Virus record (IMG/VR): IMGVR_UViG_3300009784_000001
Location: 246,418-310,417 of that record
Origin: a virus
Taxonomy: Duplodnaviria; Heunggongvirae; Uroviricota; Caudoviricetes
Reading direction: 5' to 3' (one strand)
DNA length: 64,000 bases
Below are positions 44,873 through 53,968 of this stretch, piece after piece. Position numbers and translations under genes: made by a program. The notes beneath the pieces are model-generated. The model saw only the letters and a program-made list of their open reading frames with translations. It did no database searches and was not told where the DNA came from. How positions within the stretch are numbered: the stretch's first letter is position 1; the number at the start of each line of letters is the position of its first letter.

Positions 44873-46690
44873 ATGAATAAATTATATAATGTAGAACAAT
44901 TGAGAAAAATCATTGCAGAATCAATTGAAGAATTTGAACCTGTAATTGGTAAAGATGTTGAGAAAGATAATAAAAAAAATAATACAGAATCTTATAAAGA
45001 TGCTCAAAAAAGAGCAAAAGATTTTGATGGTGGATTAACAGAAGATACTGGAAATCCTTCTGTTGAAGATAGTATTTTTCAAACAGCCGCTGATAGAGAT
45101 AATATGGGTATGGAAAGATTAAAATATACTAATCCTGTTGGAGAACCTTTTAAAAAAAGAGTTCAAGCTCAAATAATGGGTAAAAATTCTGATTTGGAAG
45201 AAGATATTGATGATAAAAGTGGGGTATCTACAGAAGGTAATAAAAAATTTTTAAAAAAAGCAGAAGAAATGAATAAGTTTGATAATGATAACCTTGGAAT
45301 TGGTGGTAAGAATCAATCACTTGTCCAATTTGGTGATAAAATAGCCACTGGTACAGGGACACCAAAAAATAAAGAAAGTGCTTTTGAATCAGTTAATGAA
45401 GGTAAATGCAATGGTAGTTGTGTGAGAAAAGTTGGAAATGATTGGAGAGTAGTATCTAATAAAACTGGTAAACTCTGGCCACAAACTTATGATTCAAAAG
45501 AAAGTGCAGAAGATGCATTAAAAGCATATCATGTTCATGAAAATAAAGTTAAGATTGGTCAAATATTTACTGAAACAAAACATAATTTAAAACTGAAATT
45601 AACAGGATTAAATGAGGATAAAACAAAACTTAATTTTATTGATGAATCTTCAAATAAAAAATATTCTTTATTAAAGGAAAATTTCAAAAAAGCCTTACAA
45701 GAAAAAAAGATATTAAGAGAATTAGATGTAGCTACTAACTTTTCACAAGGAACACCAAATGTACAACCTGCTGGTTATAGTGTAGGTGATATATTGGAAA
45801 CCCCTGAATATGGTGGTAAATATTTAATAACAAAAATAGAAAATGGTCAAGTTATTTATAAAGATTTGAAATATGATGAAATGTCAGGTGATTCAACAAG
45901 AGAAGTTAATGATAGAATAAATTCAGGCTATTATCGAGTTATACAAAATAATAATAATAATATGCAAACAGAAAATAAAAAATTGAAAGAAGGTAGAATT
46001 TTAAATGAGTGGGGTTTTGGAAATAATGAAATGCAAACTAATAATCAATCAATGGTGCAAAAGTATCAAGAGATACTTAATATATTAAAGGGTTCAAATA
46101 TTCCTTTTAATTTAAATAATGTAACACCTCCTGATTTCGCATCAGGTAAAAGAAGATTTGATGTAAGTGCTAATGTAAGATTTGATGAAAGAAATAGACT
46201 TTTTGAATATGCTGAATGGTTGAAAAAGAATTATCCAAATTTAATACAAAATGCAGGTTCTGGTTCTAATAATACTAATGGAGAAAATCTTCAAATTATA
46301 TATATAGATGTTAAAGATGACAGTTCTCAACAATTTGAATCTAAATTAAAAAGATTAAATTTTAAAAAAGATAATTTTGTATGTGAAAGTCATATGTTTT
46401 CATTAATACCAGAAGAATATAAAGTTAATGGCAATAAGTTTTATATGAAAGATGCTTCTGAAAATGAATATTTGATTGAATGGAACAATAATTTGAAACA
46501 AAAAGCTGTTATTCTTGAATATAAAAATGAAAAGAAATTAAATGAAAACATGTCAAGAATGAAAGATTTATGGAATTATAATTCTTCAGATACAACAAAA
46601 TCTTTGAATGAACAAGAAAGAATTAGTGAGAAACAAAATATAGGAAATTTCATTCAAAAAGTTAAAGAAATTTCCAAAAAAAATGATTGA
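44873..46690 (+). CDS. 605-aa protein rich in [LIFV]xE motifs, putative head core/internal protein
   Basis: IAE, LTE, VNE, FTE, LKE, LRE, LNE repeated. Confidence 0.55.
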   Translation: MNKLYNVEQLRKIIAESIEEFEPVIGKDVEKDNKKNNTESYKDAQKRAKDFDGGLTEDTGNPSVEDSIFQTAADRDNMGMERLKYTNPVGEPFKKRVQAQIMGKNSDLEEDIDDKSGVSTEGNKKFLKKAEEMNKFDNDNLGIGGKNQSLVQFGDKIATGTGTPKNKESAFESVNEGKCNGSCVRKVGNDWRVVSNKTGKLWPQTYDSKESAEDALKAYHVHENKVKIGQIFTETKHNLKLKLTGLNEDKTKLNFIDESSNKKYSLLKENFKKALQEKKILRELDVATNFSQGTPNVQPAGYSVGDILETPEYGGKYLITKIENGQVIYKDLKYDEMSGDSTREVNDRINSGYYRVIQNNNNNMQTENKKLKEGRILNEWGFGNNEMQTNNQSMVQKYQEILNILKGSNIPFNLNNVTPPDFASGKRRFDVSANVRFDERNRLFEYAEWLKKNYPNLIQNAGSGSNNTNGENLQIIYIDVKDDSSQQFESKLKRLNFKKDNFVCESHMFSLIPEEYKVNGNKFYMKDASENEYLIEWNNNLKQKAVILEYKNEKKLNENMSRMKDLWNYNSSDTTKSLNEQERISEKQNIGNFIQKVKEISKKND

Positions 46691-46720
46691 TATAAATTTA
46701 AAAAACCAAAATTAATTAGT

Positions 46721-47437
46721 ATGGAAAATGTTGGAGAAGTTATTGGGAAAAACAAAAATATAATTACCTCTTTAATGGAAGCGATAGGAAAATATGGTAA
46801 AAATACTTTGCTTTTTGCTACTATGGCTTTTCTTGTATATGTATTTGCAATTAGAGAAATAATTAATCCACCATCAAAAATGGTTAAAGAAGAATTTACT
46901 AGAATTGATGAAGCTAATAAAAAAGAAGAAATAGATGGAATTGAAAAAAGAAAAAAAGCTGATGTTTTAATACCATCCTTATTAAGTCAATTAAGAATTG
47001 ATGTTAATGCTTCTAGAGTTTTAATATTAGAATTTCATAATAGTACTAAAAATGTTAATAAATTACCTTTTTATTATTTTAGTTCAACTTATGAAGAAAT
47101 TAATAATAGTGATTTATCTATAGGGTATATAAGTGATGATTTTTATTATCAAAGAACAGGAGATTATGGTGATTTTTTAGCTAAATTAAGACAAAATCGT
47201 TCTATTTTCATTCCTGATTTATCAACAAATAATAATTCTAGAATGACAGATAAATTGATAAGAGCTGGTGCAAAATCTGTTTATTTTTATGAAATAGAAG
47301 GTATAAGTTTACCTACTGGTATATTATTAATAGAATCTGATAAAGAAACATTAGATGAAAACTTAATTAATAAAAATATTACGAAAGTTATTTCATATGT
47401 TACTTCATTATTGGAAGGAATTCCAATACCTAAATAA
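46721..47437 (+). CDS. Single-TM protein with GAF-like C-domain; holin candidate (T4 gpT-like architecture)
   Basis: TM at about aa 29-46; ASRVLILEFHN..GAKSVYFY..PTGILLIE pattern. Confidence 0.45.
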   Translation: MENVGEVIGKNKNIITSLMEAIGKYGKNTLLFATMAFLVYVFAIREIINPPSKMVKEEFTRIDEANKKEEIDGIEKRKKADVLIPSLLSQLRIDVNASRVLILEFHNSTKNVNKLPFYYFSSTYEEINNSDLSIGYISDDFYYQRTGDYGDFLAKLRQNRSIFIPDLSTNNNSRMTDKLIRAGAKSVYFYEIEGISLPTGILLIESDKETLDENLINKNITKVISYVTSLLEGIPIPK

Positions 47438-47456
47438 AATATTATAATAAATAAAA

Positions 47457-48113
47457 ATGAGTGATACTACATCAACTACTTCAAATAATACTCATAAGAT
47501 AACTGACATTTTACAATGGGTACTAATTGTTGGGTTAATTGCATTATTATTTTATTATTGGAATAATGTTCATACATTAAAAGATAATATATATAAAATA
47601 GATCAAGAAAATGGAGCTACAATTACTTATCAGGCTTCTCAAATATCTGATTTAAAACAAATAAATGATTCTTTATATCAAAAATATAAAGATGATAAAA
47701 ATGTTGAATCCATTATTCAATATAAATATATAGTAAAAAGAGATACTGTATTAAAAGAGCCTACTCAAAAAATAGAAAATGACAGTATTGTTAAATTTTT
47801 ATATTCCAATCAAAATCAATATTTTAATTATGATATAGGCGTATATACGAAAGAGAAACCTGATAGCATTGGTTTTAATTTTCAATTAAGTGATACATTC
47901 ACTATTGTTAATAAAAAACTTTATGATGATGTTTATCAAACATATATAAGCTCAAAATCTCAATCTCCTATAGAACCTCTTGTTGTTTTTAAAAAGAAAA
48001 ATAGTTTTTGGAGCAATTTTCATTTTGGACCACAAGTAGGTGTTGGATATGGTTTTATTAATAAAAAACCAGATATTTATCTTGGTATTGGAGCTCAATA
48101 TAATATTAAATAA
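47457..48113 (+). CDS. TM + coiled-coil + C-terminal amphipathic beta-hairpin protein; spanin candidate
   Basis: Ends GPQVGVGYG..PDIYLGIGAQYNIK; follows the holin candidate. Confidence 0.45.
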   Translation: MSDTTSTTSNNTHKITDILQWVLIVGLIALLFYYWNNVHTLKDNIYKIDQENGATITYQASQISDLKQINDSLYQKYKDDKNVESIIQYKYIVKRDTVLKEPTQKIENDSIVKFLYSNQNQYFNYDIGVYTKEKPDSIGFNFQLSDTFTIVNKKLYDDVYQTYISSKSQSPIEPLVVFKKKNSFWSNFHFGPQVGVGYGFINKKPDIYLGIGAQYNIK

Positions 48114-48136
48114 AATATTTAAAAGTTTATATTAAT

Positions 48137-48164
48137 AAGACTTGATTAATTCAAGTCTTTTTTT
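48137..48164 (+). terminator. Intrinsic terminator
   Basis: AAGACTTGA-TTAAT-TCAAGTCTT plus T run. Confidence 0.75.
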
Positions 48165-48189
48165 ATTTTTAAAAGTAAAAGATAATTTT

Positions 48190-48411
48190 ATGGTAGAAAA
48201 AATAAACATATTTGTATTCATATTTTCAATTCTTTTTTTATTAAAAGAAGGATATTTATTTGTACAACAAATATTAAAGAACAGAGAAATAATGGATGGA
48301 AAAGTATATAATGAAAATGGAGTAATCCCCTATCAAATACCATTTCTAAGACTTTTATTTGTTGGTTTAGCAATTTCATATTTTATAACTTGTTTAATAA
48401 AAGGATTTTAA
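48190..48411 (+). CDS. Small two-TM membrane protein
   Basis: ATG at 48190 lies after the terminator; two hydrophobic helices. Confidence 0.6.
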   Translation: MVEKINIFVFIFSILFLLKEGYLFVQQILKNREIMDGKVYNENGVIPYQIPFLRLLFVGLAISYFITCLIKGF

Positions 48412-48419
48412 TTTTAATA

Positions 48420-48578
48420 GTGAATGAAAAAAAAGATAGTAATGGTTTAAATAAAAGAATAGAAAGAGATAAAATTAAAAGAGAATTATGCAAAAAAAAT
48501 AATCTTCCTTTATATTATATAAACTATAATGATAATATAAAAGAAAAGTTAAATGAAATACTAAAGAATTATGGATAG
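48420..48578 (+). pseudogene. C-terminal remnant of the PD-(D/E)XK endonuclease family
   Basis: ERDKIKRELCKKNNLPLYYINYNDNIKEKLNEILK matches the ends of the 41197 and 50434 genes; catalytic part absent. Confidence 0.8.
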
Positions 48579-49062
48579 TTTAGAAAAACATATTGAGGAA
48601 ATTGGGAATCGTTTTCTTGGAATGAAAAAAGAAAATACTAATATTAATGGGGTAAATGAAATACTTACAAGAATTGAAATTGATTTTAAATCAGATTCTC
48701 CAAATTTTATTTATACTACATTTGGGTTTCCTAATAATGTTCCTGTAAATGAACAAATAATTAAATGTGTTAAACAAAAAGGAGATAATGAAATTTACTA
48801 TTTATTCAGTACATCAAAAGATATTGGTTTTATAGACTTAATAAAACATGCTGAAAAAATAATTGATATTAATTCTTCTATTGAAAAAAAAAGGAATTTA
48901 TTAACTTTAAAAATAGAGGAATTAACAAAATTATTTGGTAAGTTAGAATATAATGAATTGAAAACATTAACATTTAAGTATAAAGAAAAAAGAAAAAAGA
49001 ATGTTGAAACTGAAAAAGAAGAAATTATTAATACAGATAATAGTTCTGTTAAAACAGATTAA
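48571..49062 (+). CDS. Hypothetical protein
   Basis: ORF track. Confidence 0.65.
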   Translation: MDSLEKHIEEIGNRFLGMKKENTNINGVNEILTRIEIDFKSDSPNFIYTTFGFPNNVPVNEQIIKCVKQKGDNEIYYLFSTSKDIGFIDLIKHAEKIIDINSSIEKKRNLLTLKIEELTKLFGKLEYNELKTLTFKYKEKRKKNVETEKEEIINTDNSSVKTD

Positions 49063-49064
49063 AT

Positions 49065-49217
49065 ATGGGTTGTAATTGTAAGAAGAATGTTAATATTAAA
49101 ACTGATGTTAAAAAGAAATTAATTGATAATATTCAAAATAAACAATTTTCTGTAAAATCAAATTTATCTAAACAAAAGAAACTATCTGTATTAGTAGGAA
49201 CAAAAATAATTTATTAA
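49065..49217 (+). CDS. 50-aa basic protein starting MGCNCK, not in the ORF track
   Basis: Translated by hand; fills the gap between genes. Confidence 0.7.
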   Translation: MGCNCKKNVNIKTDVKKKLIDNIQNKQFSVKSNLSKQKKLSVLVGTKIIY

Positions 49218-49227
49218 AGTAAAAAAA

Positions 49228-49665
49228 ATGATTGATTTAATTATTCTCATAATATTTGGGTTGTTAGCATATTCACTTGCTTTTATGTTGGTATTTAAAC
49301 AACCACCAATATTAAAACCTTTATATTGGTTATTTAAATTTGTTGGATTAAAGGATGCTTTGTCTTGCATTTTTTGTATGGGATTTTGGAGTAGTGCATT
49401 TTTGTCAGCATTGAATATTTTTGTATTATCCAATATTAAATTTACAATGTTATTAACTATTAATGGTTTTCCAGAAACATGGTTATATAAATTAATTTAT
49501 ATAGTATTAGATGGTTTTATTGGTGCAGGATTAGTTTATTTAATTCATTCATTTCAAGAATCATTAGAAGTAAAATCTGAACAAGTTAATTATGAATATG
49601 TAGATAGTTCTGATATTGCTGAAAAGATAAATTTATCTTCTTCTAAACAAATATTACATGATTAA
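49228..49665 (+). CDS. Membrane protein with CxxCxGFW motif (DUF1360-like)
   Basis: LSCIFCMGFW, three TM segments. Confidence 0.6.
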   Translation: MIDLIILIIFGLLAYSLAFMLVFKQPPILKPLYWLFKFVGLKDALSCIFCMGFWSSAFLSALNIFVLSNIKFTMLLTINGFPETWLYKLIYIVLDGFIGAGLVYLIHSFQESLEVKSEQVNYEYVDSSDIAEKINLSSSKQILHD

Positions 49666-49667
49666 AA

Positions 49668-49886
49668 ATGGTTGATTATTTGGAAGAATTAAAAGGGTTG
49701 GATAGAGATAAACTTTTATCTGAAAATCAATTGAAAAGTGAAATGAATGGTTTTATTTATCAGTTAAGAAATACTGATTTAGGAAAACAAATAAAAAGTG
49801 AAATTCTAATTCCAAAAAAAGTAAAAGTAGATAAGTTATATAAATGGAAACAAAGAGTTAATAAATTTTTTAATTTATTCGGATAA
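49668..49886 (+). CDS. Hypothetical protein
   Basis: ORF track. Confidence 0.55.
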   Translation: MVDYLEELKGLDRDKLLSENQLKSEMNGFIYQLRNTDLGKQIKSEILIPKKVKVDKLYKWKQRVNKFFNLFG

Positions 49887-50185
49887 TGAAAAAGTATTTT
49901 GCCACTGAAAAAGATATATTTGAAATTGCAACAGTATTGAATGAAAAATTTGATGAATATGATTTATCAAATATGGAAATTAGAATTGGTTTACCATCTT
50001 ATAAATTGAAAAAATTGGATGAATTTTTATTCAAAAAATTTAACCCTAATATTCCTTTATCTAAATTTATTTCGCAGGAAGAAGTAAATATGCATCTTGC
50101 TGGAATTAAATTTATGCTTTATAAGAGTGATGATAAAGGATTAGAAATTAAGGTAGATGAAAATGGTAATGAATATATTGATTAA
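49886..50185 (+). CDS. Hypothetical protein
   Basis: ORF track. Confidence 0.55.
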   Translation: MKKYFATEKDIFEIATVLNEKFDEYDLSNMEIRIGLPSYKLKKLDEFLFKKFNPNIPLSKFISQEEVNMHLAGIKFMLYKSDDKGLEIKVDENGNEYID

Positions 50186-50188
50186 TTT

Positions 50189-50437
50189 ATGACAATAAAA
50201 GAAAGAGAAAAATTTAATAGATATTTGGTAGATAGATATGATCAATGCTATCCAAGAGTGAAAAGAAGTGAAAGTAGAAATATTCCTATAGGAAAAGAAA
50301 TATCTTATAAATACACTTGTTATCCATTATATTTTGATTCAGATAATTATGCAAGATTTCTTGTTAATGAAAATAATTTCGATTTTATTAATTACATGAC
50401 AGATGATGAATGGGAATATCATAATTTTGAAATATGA
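50189..50437 (+). CDS. Hypothetical protein
   Basis: ORF track. Confidence 0.55.
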   Translation: MTIKEREKFNRYLVDRYDQCYPRVKRSESRNIPIGKEISYKYTCYPLYFDSDNYARFLVNENNFDFINYMTDDEWEYHNFEI

Positions 50438-51342
50438 GTAAAAATTTAACACAAGAGCAAATAATTGAACAATTTAGAAAAATACATGGGAATAAGTATG
50501 ATTATTCTAAAGTAAACTATATAAAAAAGCATTCTGAAGTTTGTATAATTTGCCCAATTCATGGAGAATTTTGGATGCAACCAAATAATCATATTGTTGG
50601 AAAAAATAATTGTCCTAAATGTTCAAAAAAGTATAAATGGACGACAGAAGAATGGATAGAAGAAGCAAAGAGAATACATGGAAATAAGTATGATTATAGT
50701 AAAGTTAAATATATTGATGCTCATACTAAAGTATGTATTATTTGTCCTGAGCATGGTGAGTTTTGGCAATCTCCTACTAATCACACACATTTAACACAAC
50801 ATAGAGGGTGCCCTAAATGTAATAAGGGTATAAAATATACACAAGATGAATGGATTGAGCTAGCTAATAAAAGACATGTTGGAATTTATGATTATTCTAA
50901 AGTAAACTATAAAGATTCAAATGCAAAAGTATGTATTTTTTGTAAAAAGTGTAATAATGAATTTTGGCAGCTTCCAAATGCACATATGGCAGGGCAAGGA
51001 TGTCCTCATTGTAAAAAATCTAAAATAGAAATAATTGTTGAAAAGATTCTAAATAGTAAAAATATATTATATTTTTATGAATATAGAAAATTTAAATGGT
51101 TAAAAAATAAAAAGTTATTAGAATTAGATTTCTATCTTCCAGATTATAATATTGCTATTGAATGTCAAGGAAGACAACATTTTGAAGAAAGAAAATGGTT
51201 TGGAGGTATAAAGCAACTTAATATTCTTCAAAATAATGACAGAATTAAGAAAGAATTATGTGAAAAGAACAACCTTTCCTTATATTATATAAATTATAAT
51301 GATAATGTAGAAGAAAAAATGAAAGAAATACTTAGTCTTTAG
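50434..51342 (+). CDS. Free-standing CPxHGEF-repeat PD-(D/E)XK endonuclease
   Basis: Three repeats plus LELDFYLPDYNIAIECQGRQHF. Confidence 0.85.
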   Translation: MSKNLTQEQIIEQFRKIHGNKYDYSKVNYIKKHSEVCIICPIHGEFWMQPNNHIVGKNNCPKCSKKYKWTTEEWIEEAKRIHGNKYDYSKVKYIDAHTKVCIICPEHGEFWQSPTNHTHLTQHRGCPKCNKGIKYTQDEWIELANKRHVGIYDYSKVNYKDSNAKVCIFCKKCNNEFWQLPNAHMAGQGCPHCKKSKIEIIVEKILNSKNILYFYEYRKFKWLKNKKLLELDFYLPDYNIAIECQGRQHFEERKWFGGIKQLNILQNNDRIKKELCEKNNLSLYYINYNDNVEEKMKEILSL

Positions 51343-51628
51343 CTGATGGAATTTTATTATATTTTTTCATAATATTTTCAAGCATTTTTTTATGATTTTC
51401 TTCATCACTAATTAATTCTTGTATAATATTAATATCTTCTTCATCATTTGTATATTGTAGTAAATTCAAATAAATTCTTATTGCATCTGCCTCTGATTTT
51501 ATTGCATTGGAAATCAATTCAGCTAATTTTAAATTAGGAGTTGAATATATTTTATTATCATTATAAAATTCTTCTTCATTTAATTTTCTTAAAACTGAAT
51601 TTGTTATTTCATTAATTATATTCTTCAT
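51332..51628 (-). CDS. Ferritin/rubrerythrin-like small protein (start MKNIINE at 51628)
   Basis: AIKSEADAIRIY..ELISDEENH di-iron half-site; TATTTATA upstream. Confidence 0.7.
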   Translation of the reverse strand: MKNIINEITNSVLRKLNEEEFYNDNKIYSTPNLKLAELISNAIKSEADAIRIYLNLLQYTNDEEDINIIQELISDEENHKKMLENIMKKYNKIPSAKD

Positions 51629-51651
51629 GTGCTTATTTTTATTATAAATAT

Positions 51652-52773
51652 TTAATTGGATGACATACATTTTTTTATTTTTGATATATCCCATCCTGTT
51701 TTTTCTTGAATTAATTTTTCTGTAAAATCGCTACTTAATGGCCCATCACTAAATCCCAAAAAGGTTATGTAATTTATTTTTTTCTTTGTACATATTTCTT
51801 CAATTCTATTGTATAAATCAATTATAACATTTTTATTTGTTCCAATGATCATATCAAAAATATGATCATCATCTTTTATAAGTAGTTTATTTTTATAGAT
51901 AGATATTTGTTTTGATTCATTATTATTTAGTATAAGGTTATCTAAAATGAAAGTTATATTTTTCCTATTTCCATCTCTCTTAAATGAATTATAACCATAT
52001 ACATGATAATCTTCTTCATAATTATATATTTGCTTATTTAGTATAATCCACTTTTTTATTTCTCTTTTTTTATTACCCCATTCAGTTTTATCTAAATCGT
52101 GAGTAGCTTCAACTATATTTTCAATTAATTTTCCATATTCATTTGGAAATTTTGAGTGTTCTAAATCCTCTTCATTCAATTTTAATAATAATATTTCATA
52201 TTTTCGTTCCCAATCATTCCTTTGAGAATATTTTTTAGATACAATGATATTTTTATTATCCTCTATAAATTTATCATAATCATTAATAGCACTTTTTTTA
52301 TCAAAATATCTACCAAGTTTTTTCCTTTCTTTACCATTTAATGTAACTATTATTCTATATTTACATTCTGATTTTTTCTTTTTCTCAATATGAAAGCCAT
52401 TTCTTCTTGCCTCATTCATTAGCTTTACAAGGTATTTACGTTTACATTCATTTGAACAAAATTTCACTTCATTTCCTTTTTTTAAGTATTTCAACTTAAA
52501 TTCTTTCCCACATTCATCACAAACATAAGTTTTTAGATATTTTCCTCTTTTTCTTTTTATAACACCTTCTTTTATAAGTTTTTCTTTATTTTTATAATAT
52601 CTTGCCAATCCTTGCCTTCTTTCAATTATTTTTTCATATTTCTCTTTATCTTCTTCATTTAATATTGTTAATTCTCTTTTTGATATCACTTCTTCTCCTT
52701 TTTCTATTCTTCCAATTAACTCTTTTTTTCTTTTTTCCATTACAATTTCAAAATTTCCTTTTTTTACTGCCAT
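51652..52773 (-). CDS. Basic hypothetical protein with a CxxC..CxxxC zinc ribbon
   Basis: CDECGKEF..FCSNECK. Confidence 0.65.
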   Translation of the reverse strand: MAVKKGNFEIVMEKRKKELIGRIEKGEEVISKRELTILNEEDKEKYEKIIERRQGLARYYKNKEKLIKEGVIKRKRGKYLKTYVCDECGKEFKLKYLKKGNEVKFCSNECKRKYLVKLMNEARRNGFHIEKKKKSECKYRIIVTLNGKERKKLGRYFDKKSAINDYDKFIEDNKNIIVSKKYSQRNDWERKYEILLLKLNEEDLEHSKFPNEYGKLIENIVEATHDLDKTEWGNKKREIKKWIILNKQIYNYEEDYHVYGYNSFKRDGNRKNITFILDNLILNNNESKQISIYKNKLLIKDDDHIFDMIIGTNKNVIIDLYNRIEEICTKKKINYITFLGFSDGPLSSDFTEKLIQEKTGWDISKIKKCMSSN

Positions 52774-52866
52774 AACTTTTTAATTTGAAATATTATTATT
52801 TTAATATAAATATGTGTATATTTGGAAAGTGATTTATTTAATAAAGAAATATTTTTTTCTATAAAT

Positions 52867-52897
52867 TTTGAAATAAGAAAAAAAGGAATTATCTTTG
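52867..52897 (+). promoter_or_regulatory. Bacteroidota-type promoter
   Basis: TTTG-N19-TATCTTTG. Confidence 0.8.
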
Positions 52898-52924
52898 TAC
52901 TATAAATTTTAAATATTATAAAAA

Positions 52925-53419
52925 ATGAAACTATTTCCAATGTCAGAAGACATACAAGAATTATGTGAACAAGTTATGAAAGATGAAGTTCCAGGTCTTG
53001 CTTCTATGGGTTTAAATTTTAAATATGCTGGTAGTCCAAAATCTCCATCAATAGTAAAAATCTCAAAAGGCAATCCTGTTACTGATTTTTTAACACAGGA
53101 AGAAGGTACAATACTTGTTACTGTTTATGAATTAGCTTTTGAAAGATTAACAGATGAATATAAAAAATTGATTTTAGCATCTGCTTTCGCTTCTATTGAA
53201 TATGATTCAGAAAAAGATAAAATTACTATTGGTGGTAATAATGGTACTTCTTTAAATGAAACAATTTATTTGAAGTATAGAGAACCAGCAGTTTTATCTA
53301 TATTTAATGGATATGCTGTTATCAGACAGATACAGGAAGAAGAAAAAGAAGCAAAAGCTCTTGCTGCTGCTGAAAGAGCAGAAAAAAGAAAATTAAAAAG
53401 TTCTTATGCAGGACAATAA
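52925..53419 (+). CDS. Hypothetical protein (possibly a degenerate phage metallopeptidase-like fold)
   Basis: ORF after a promoter; no HExxH. Confidence 0.6.
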   Translation: MKLFPMSEDIQELCEQVMKDEVPGLASMGLNFKYAGSPKSPSIVKISKGNPVTDFLTQEEGTILVTVYELAFERLTDEYKKLILASAFASIEYDSEKDKITIGGNNGTSLNETIYLKYREPAVLSIFNGYAVIRQIQEEEKEAKALAAAERAEKRKLKSSYAGQ

Positions 53420-53420
53420 A

Positions 53421-53543
53421 TTATTTTTGTCTAATAATTACACGTCTGTTTCCACTTCTATTTACAAAAGGTCTTTGAATTGGTTTTTGTATTTGTGAAG
53501 TAGTTCTTTGTTGAACTTGTGGTTTGGATTTACAATTACACAT
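53421..53543 (-). CDS. 40-aa basic protein starting MCNCK, not in the ORF track
   Basis: Translated by hand: MCNCKSKPQVQQRTTSQIQKPIQRPFVNRSGNRRVIIRQK. Confidence 0.7.
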   Translation of the reverse strand: MCNCKSKPQVQQRTTSQIQKPIQRPFVNRSGNRRVIIRQK

Positions 53544-53602
53544 ACTTTCTACTATTTATTGAAATAAATATTGATTAATTATATTTTTTTAACATTTTAT
53601 AC

Positions 53603-53633
53603 TTTGAAATTAAAAAATAAATTTATATCTTTG
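53603..53633 (+). promoter_or_regulatory. Bacteroidota-type promoter at the start of the RNA island
   Basis: TTTG-N19-TATCTTTG. Confidence 0.8.
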
Positions 53634-53742
53634 CAGTGTAATTCAAATGAATTAGTGTTGAAGTGATAACTGAGTAAGAACATGATACTTCAAATAAATG
53701 TAGTGAGAGATGTACAGCTTTATTCATTTTTTTAGATAAGGT

Positions 53743-53864
53743 TCCCCTGTAGCTCAGTTGGTTAGAGTACTTAAAATGAAGTTTTCTGGGTAGGAAATGT
53801 TCAGCAATATCAATCAAAATCGCTGTTAACGAAGGGGTCGGCAGTTCGAGTCTGTCCAGGGGTT
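53743..53864 (+). ncRNA. tRNA-Asn(GTT)-like RNA with a 48-nt insert (53773-53820) in the anticodon stem
   Basis: Removing the insert restores CTTCG-CTGTTAA-CGAAG; D and T arms canonical; T1:T72 mismatch, T73. Confidence 0.85.
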
Positions 53865-53911
53865 CAAAGATTTCTTATTTAGATTAAAATAAGTGGCAGA
53901 GAAGAGGATTA

Positions 53912-53968
53912 AGAAAACATACAGCATTTTTTATCAATTCAACCATAGGAAAGAAAAAGTGTTTTCTG
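53912..53968 (+). ncRNA. Stand-alone stem-TACAGCA RNA module, copy 1
   Basis: AGAAAACA-TACAGCA...TGTTTTCT-G. Confidence 0.75.
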
